Program-made: the position numbers and the translations under genes
Source of the DNA: Zygnema circumcarinatum SAG 698-1b
Taxonomy: Eukaryota > Plantae > Zygnematophyceae
Direction: 5' to 3'
Assembly (NCBI GenBank): GCA_037447605.1
Contig: CM074815.1
Span: 806,001-870,000, forward strand
DNA length: 64,000 bases
The notes under the pieces: generated by a model
Databases searched by the model: none
Seen by the model: the letters and a program-made list of their open reading frames with translations, nothing else
Told to the model about the DNA's origin: nothing
In this document: positions 60,601 through 64,000 of the stretch, in pieces
Layout: each line of letters begins with the position of its first letter
How positions within the stretch are numbered: position 1 is the stretch's first letter

Positions 60601-62150
60601 TGACCTTGAGTACATTATACTCCTCCAACTTCATCACCCATGGAGTGCAAACTTAGATTAGGTAGGGTTAGCCATGATGTGCAACCAGAAGTGGTGGCAT
60701 GTGTGGTGGTCCTAATGATAATATAGGCTGGTAGGCCGTAAAGAGCTTGAACTTCTCGGTCTTGAGAGAATGGCGTACCTGGCTCGGTAAGAACGTACTT
60801 TGGTCTCGGTTTTCAGAACAAACCACTTCCAGCATAAGCGTTGTTCCCCATCAGAAGGCTTGACCCGCCTTGCCGCCCGTCGGCGGCGGTCGGCGTCGAT
60901 GATGGTGGGCGGTGGGGTCAATTGATCACCGGACAAGGAGGAGCGGAAGGGCGCGCTGGAAGGCGGAAATCTTTCGGCCATTAGTGGTGGACTCAGGTGC
61001 TTCTCCAAAGGCATGTAAGGGGCCTTGTGATAAAGGGAATAGCCCTTGATGAACCGGCGATAGGATGAGGTGAGTCCCAAGAAAGACTTGAGCTGAGTGA
61101 GGTTCTGTGGAATCGGCATAAGGTCAATCGCTTCAATCTTGTCGAGTGATGGTTTCAGGCCATTGATGCCGAGGCGGTGCCCGAGATGAGTGATCTCCTG
61201 ATGGCCCCATTTGCACTTCTTGGGTGCAATCTTCAAACGCGCACTGATGAGCTGTTGAAGTACTTGGTCAATGTTCTTGAGGTGGGAGGACGGTCCTTCT
61301 TTGTCAGGGAGGAAGCATCATCCGCGTAAGGCTGCATGAAAGAAAGGCAGCGACAGGGCGAATACCTGGTTATTACAGGCTTGCTTGTCCTTTGGAAGGA
61401 AGCACTGTCCACTGCACGGCGTGTGGCTGTCTGTGAAACCCCGTCTTACGCTTGTCGGCCTGTTGCGAGGGGGATACGCGAAGGACTTCTGCATGTCGGG
61501 CCGAAGAACCATGCGGTCCTCAAGGAGAACGCAGTAAGAATCAGGTCCACATCCGGTAACATATAAGGATCCCACTTCGTTATGGCATTCAGTTTCCGAT
61601 AGTCTCCACAAAAGCGGAGTGTGCCATCCGGCTTTGGGGGCAGAACGGCCGGGCTGGCCCAAGGCCCTTCTCCGGGTTCCATCAATCTAGCAGCCACGTT
61701 TTCATCGATCTGTCGCTCGACGTTGGCCTGCTGAGCGGCGGAAAAGCGGTAGGTAGTCATGGTCATCACGGGAGGGGCATCCCCCGTATCGATGTGATGC
61801 TCAATCAGGTGAGTCTTGCGATGTCGAGTGAATGGCGTGCAAAAACCAGGTGATTTCGGCGCAGCACTTGGCGTAATTGAGAATGCTTGATCGGGTGCGA
61901 GACTGCTGGCTATCGCATCGACCCTCTATCTCCGGCCACTCTTCATCCTTGATGGTCTCCGTGGCTGCAAAATCTCGTCACGGCTTATCACACGGCGGCA
62001 AAAAGGTCTTCGTCGTACCGCGAGAGGCTACAGACCCTACGAGGGAATGCGAGAGGAATCTCGTCTTTAGTACTCCCGAGAATTGGCCGATCCATAGGAA
62101 GAATGGGGGCTGCCGACCGCATGGTACATGGTGATCTCTGGGTAGGAGAC

Positions 62151-64000
62151 TGTTAGTGTATAGTAGTTAGTCACTAGACAAGTTGTTGTTAGGTTATTGA
62201 ACATTGTGCGTGTGTTGTGTCATGTGGCCCTTGGCGTGATGTGCGCCTAGACGTGTGAGTGATGCGGACTTTGGTCGATTGGAAGCTGGCCTTGTGGTGA
62301 GAGGAGGTGGCGAGCGGCGTGACGATTCGAAATAATGACGTGTATGGGGCCAGCGGCCGCGGTCGCCGAATCAGAGATTGTGGCGTGACAGCATGAAACT
62401 GCGCGCCAAATTTGAAAGTGGCGTGGCGGTATTGTACTTTAGATTGATTTGGACTTAGTATGAAGTGGCGTGGTGTCGGCGCGCGATTGAGAATTATGCG
62501 AACTCGTAGGTATGCGGTGGCGTGAGATAGCGGTTGTGGCGTCATCTATCTTAGAGGCAAAAGGTGAGATCTCTGGCGCCAAGGCGTGGATTGAAACGAC
62601 TGGTAGGATCCGTGAGCCAATTTGAATCGTGTGAGTCACGAGGATCGGCAGTATGAAGTTAAGATCGGGATAGGGCCCTTGCGGGCCGCTGATGCGATGT
62701 TGTTAGCTCAAATAGCATGTTATCCCGTGTGTAGTGACATAGTACTTAAGAATTGTTTTGTTGTAGGCAAACAATTCATTGAGCCTGTAGTAGTCTGTTA
62801 TCTTTGTTGGGTGTTGGAGCACTACACTTACTTTTCGTCTTTGTGAGGTAGTGGTACGTGAGATTACTGGGTGGCCGATTTGAGAGGGGTCCTCTCAATG
62901 TATGAGTGAATTCACTATTAAGGAGTTTTAGAGCCTGGAGCTTTCTCCTATTCATTTCTCTCTGTTATTCCGCTGTGCATTATTTGCTGTGATTCACTCT
63001 GTGAGTAAAATGGGCTATGAGTGAATGTGAGAGATTTGAAGATGTCATCGTCGATTGGAACGCGAACTCCGATGGAGGGTGACCCGAATGGAGGAACGGA
63101 CGGCAGCAGTGGAGGAGTCCCTCCACCAACAAGTGGTATCAGAGCTCATGGAGACTCGGAGGACCACGTCAAGTTCAGCATTCCGGCCTTTGATGGGCAG
63201 GATTACAAGGCGTGGAGATGGAGGTTGGTTCCCCTGCTTGTTGGCAAGGGGTTGCTTGGGTATGTTGATGGCAGCATCAAGGCGCCGGAGTTACCGGTTG
63301 GAGCCTCAGCGGAGCAGCAGTCGGAGCACGACGTGGCGCTCGCACGATGGAAAGCCAAGGACAACAAGGCCCTGACGCAGATTGTAATGAGCGTAAGAGG
63401 AAGTCCGTCCTCTATGCTATATGATCTGAAAACCTCTCATGCCATGTGGAGATGCCTAGAGGAAATGTATGATGTAAAAGACAATGTGACGATCGTCAGT
63501 CTTTACACGCAGCTAGGCAAGATGAAGATGACTTCAGATGAGAAACTAGAAGCTTATATGGTCAGGTTTGATGCTCTGATGGAGAGGTTCATAGCCCTTG
63601 GGAAACCATTAGAGGCAGACCATAAGATAAGCCAGTTTCTAGGGGGTTTGACCAGTAGATTCGATGTGGCAGTGGCGGCTTTGAGGACAGTCCTGACTAA
63701 TACCACGATGACTCTTGAGCAAGTCAAGCGTAGGATAAAGGAGGAGGACTCCATTCAGGATGTCGGCAGCCCTGAGGAGAAAGTGCTTGCGTTGCACACT
63801 CGACCGAATCGAAGAGGAGGCGCCCCGAAGTCAGCCCGAGGAGAACGCTCGGCAATTACGTGTTACACGTGTGGCAAGACCGGCCACTACTCCAGCGATT
63901 GCTTCAAGAACAGAGGCAGCCAAGAGAAGGGAGGAAACGCGACTTCATCCGGCAAGAAGGAGAAGAAGGCGTTCGGTGGCACTTGCTTCAAATGCAAGAA
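62151..64000 (+). mobile_element. Ty1/Copia 5' end (LTR 62151-63131, PBS 63134-63145, gag), running off the window
   Basis: TG...CA LTR, perfect TGGTATCAGAGC PBS and gag with zinc knuckle CYTCGKTGHYSSDC. Confidence 0.9.

Larger units (their letters stand above)
39217..62150 (-). mobile_element. Outer Ty3/Gypsy LTR retrotransposon (degraded; its 5' part is interrupted by a Copia at 62151)
   Basis: 3' LTR split into 39217-39788 and 58217-58344 (TGTAG...CTACA) with an adjacent purine tract; integrase 59607-59903 (DRYTKWVE..HSDNGTEY), RNase H end ~60600 (HRPGRSHGNADGLSR), RT 60712-61769 (PWASPAVL..DGTLRFCGDYRKLN). Confidence 0.8.

Noticed and set aside
41393-64000. Dating or pseudogenisation claims from frameshifts and LTR divergence
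   Set aside because: The patchy, indel-rich errors look like unpolished long-read consensus, so the divergence is not trustworthy

Overview
Eukaryotic, intron-rich, plant-lineage DNA. The gene content and protein divergence suggest a non-flowering streptophyte such as a charophyte alga or bryophyte (inference; the taxon cannot be fixed from this window). The left ~38.5 kb is a compact gene block: golgin GC3/GC4 (+), ERD7/senescence-domain protein (-), a 28-bp minisatellite, NHX5/6-type Na+/H+ exchanger (+, three U12 introns), animal-type PITP (+, one U12 intron and an 8-nt microexon), a plastid trigger-factor-like protein lacking the ribosome-binding domain (-), REV7 (+) and a small ARGOS/OSR-like membrane protein (-). 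The right ~25 kb is a nested transposon stack: a hAT-like end, a minus-strand Gypsy, an element whose LTRs carry a tRNA-derived Pol III-type module, a chromovirus and several related Copia copies. It contains a 100-N assembly gap and is error-rich to the right of it. The most notable signals are the tRNA-bearing LTRs, the ARGOS-like gene with an upstream ATGTA array, the RBD-less trigger factor, the animal-like PITP exon architecture and the purine-rich 3' splice sites.
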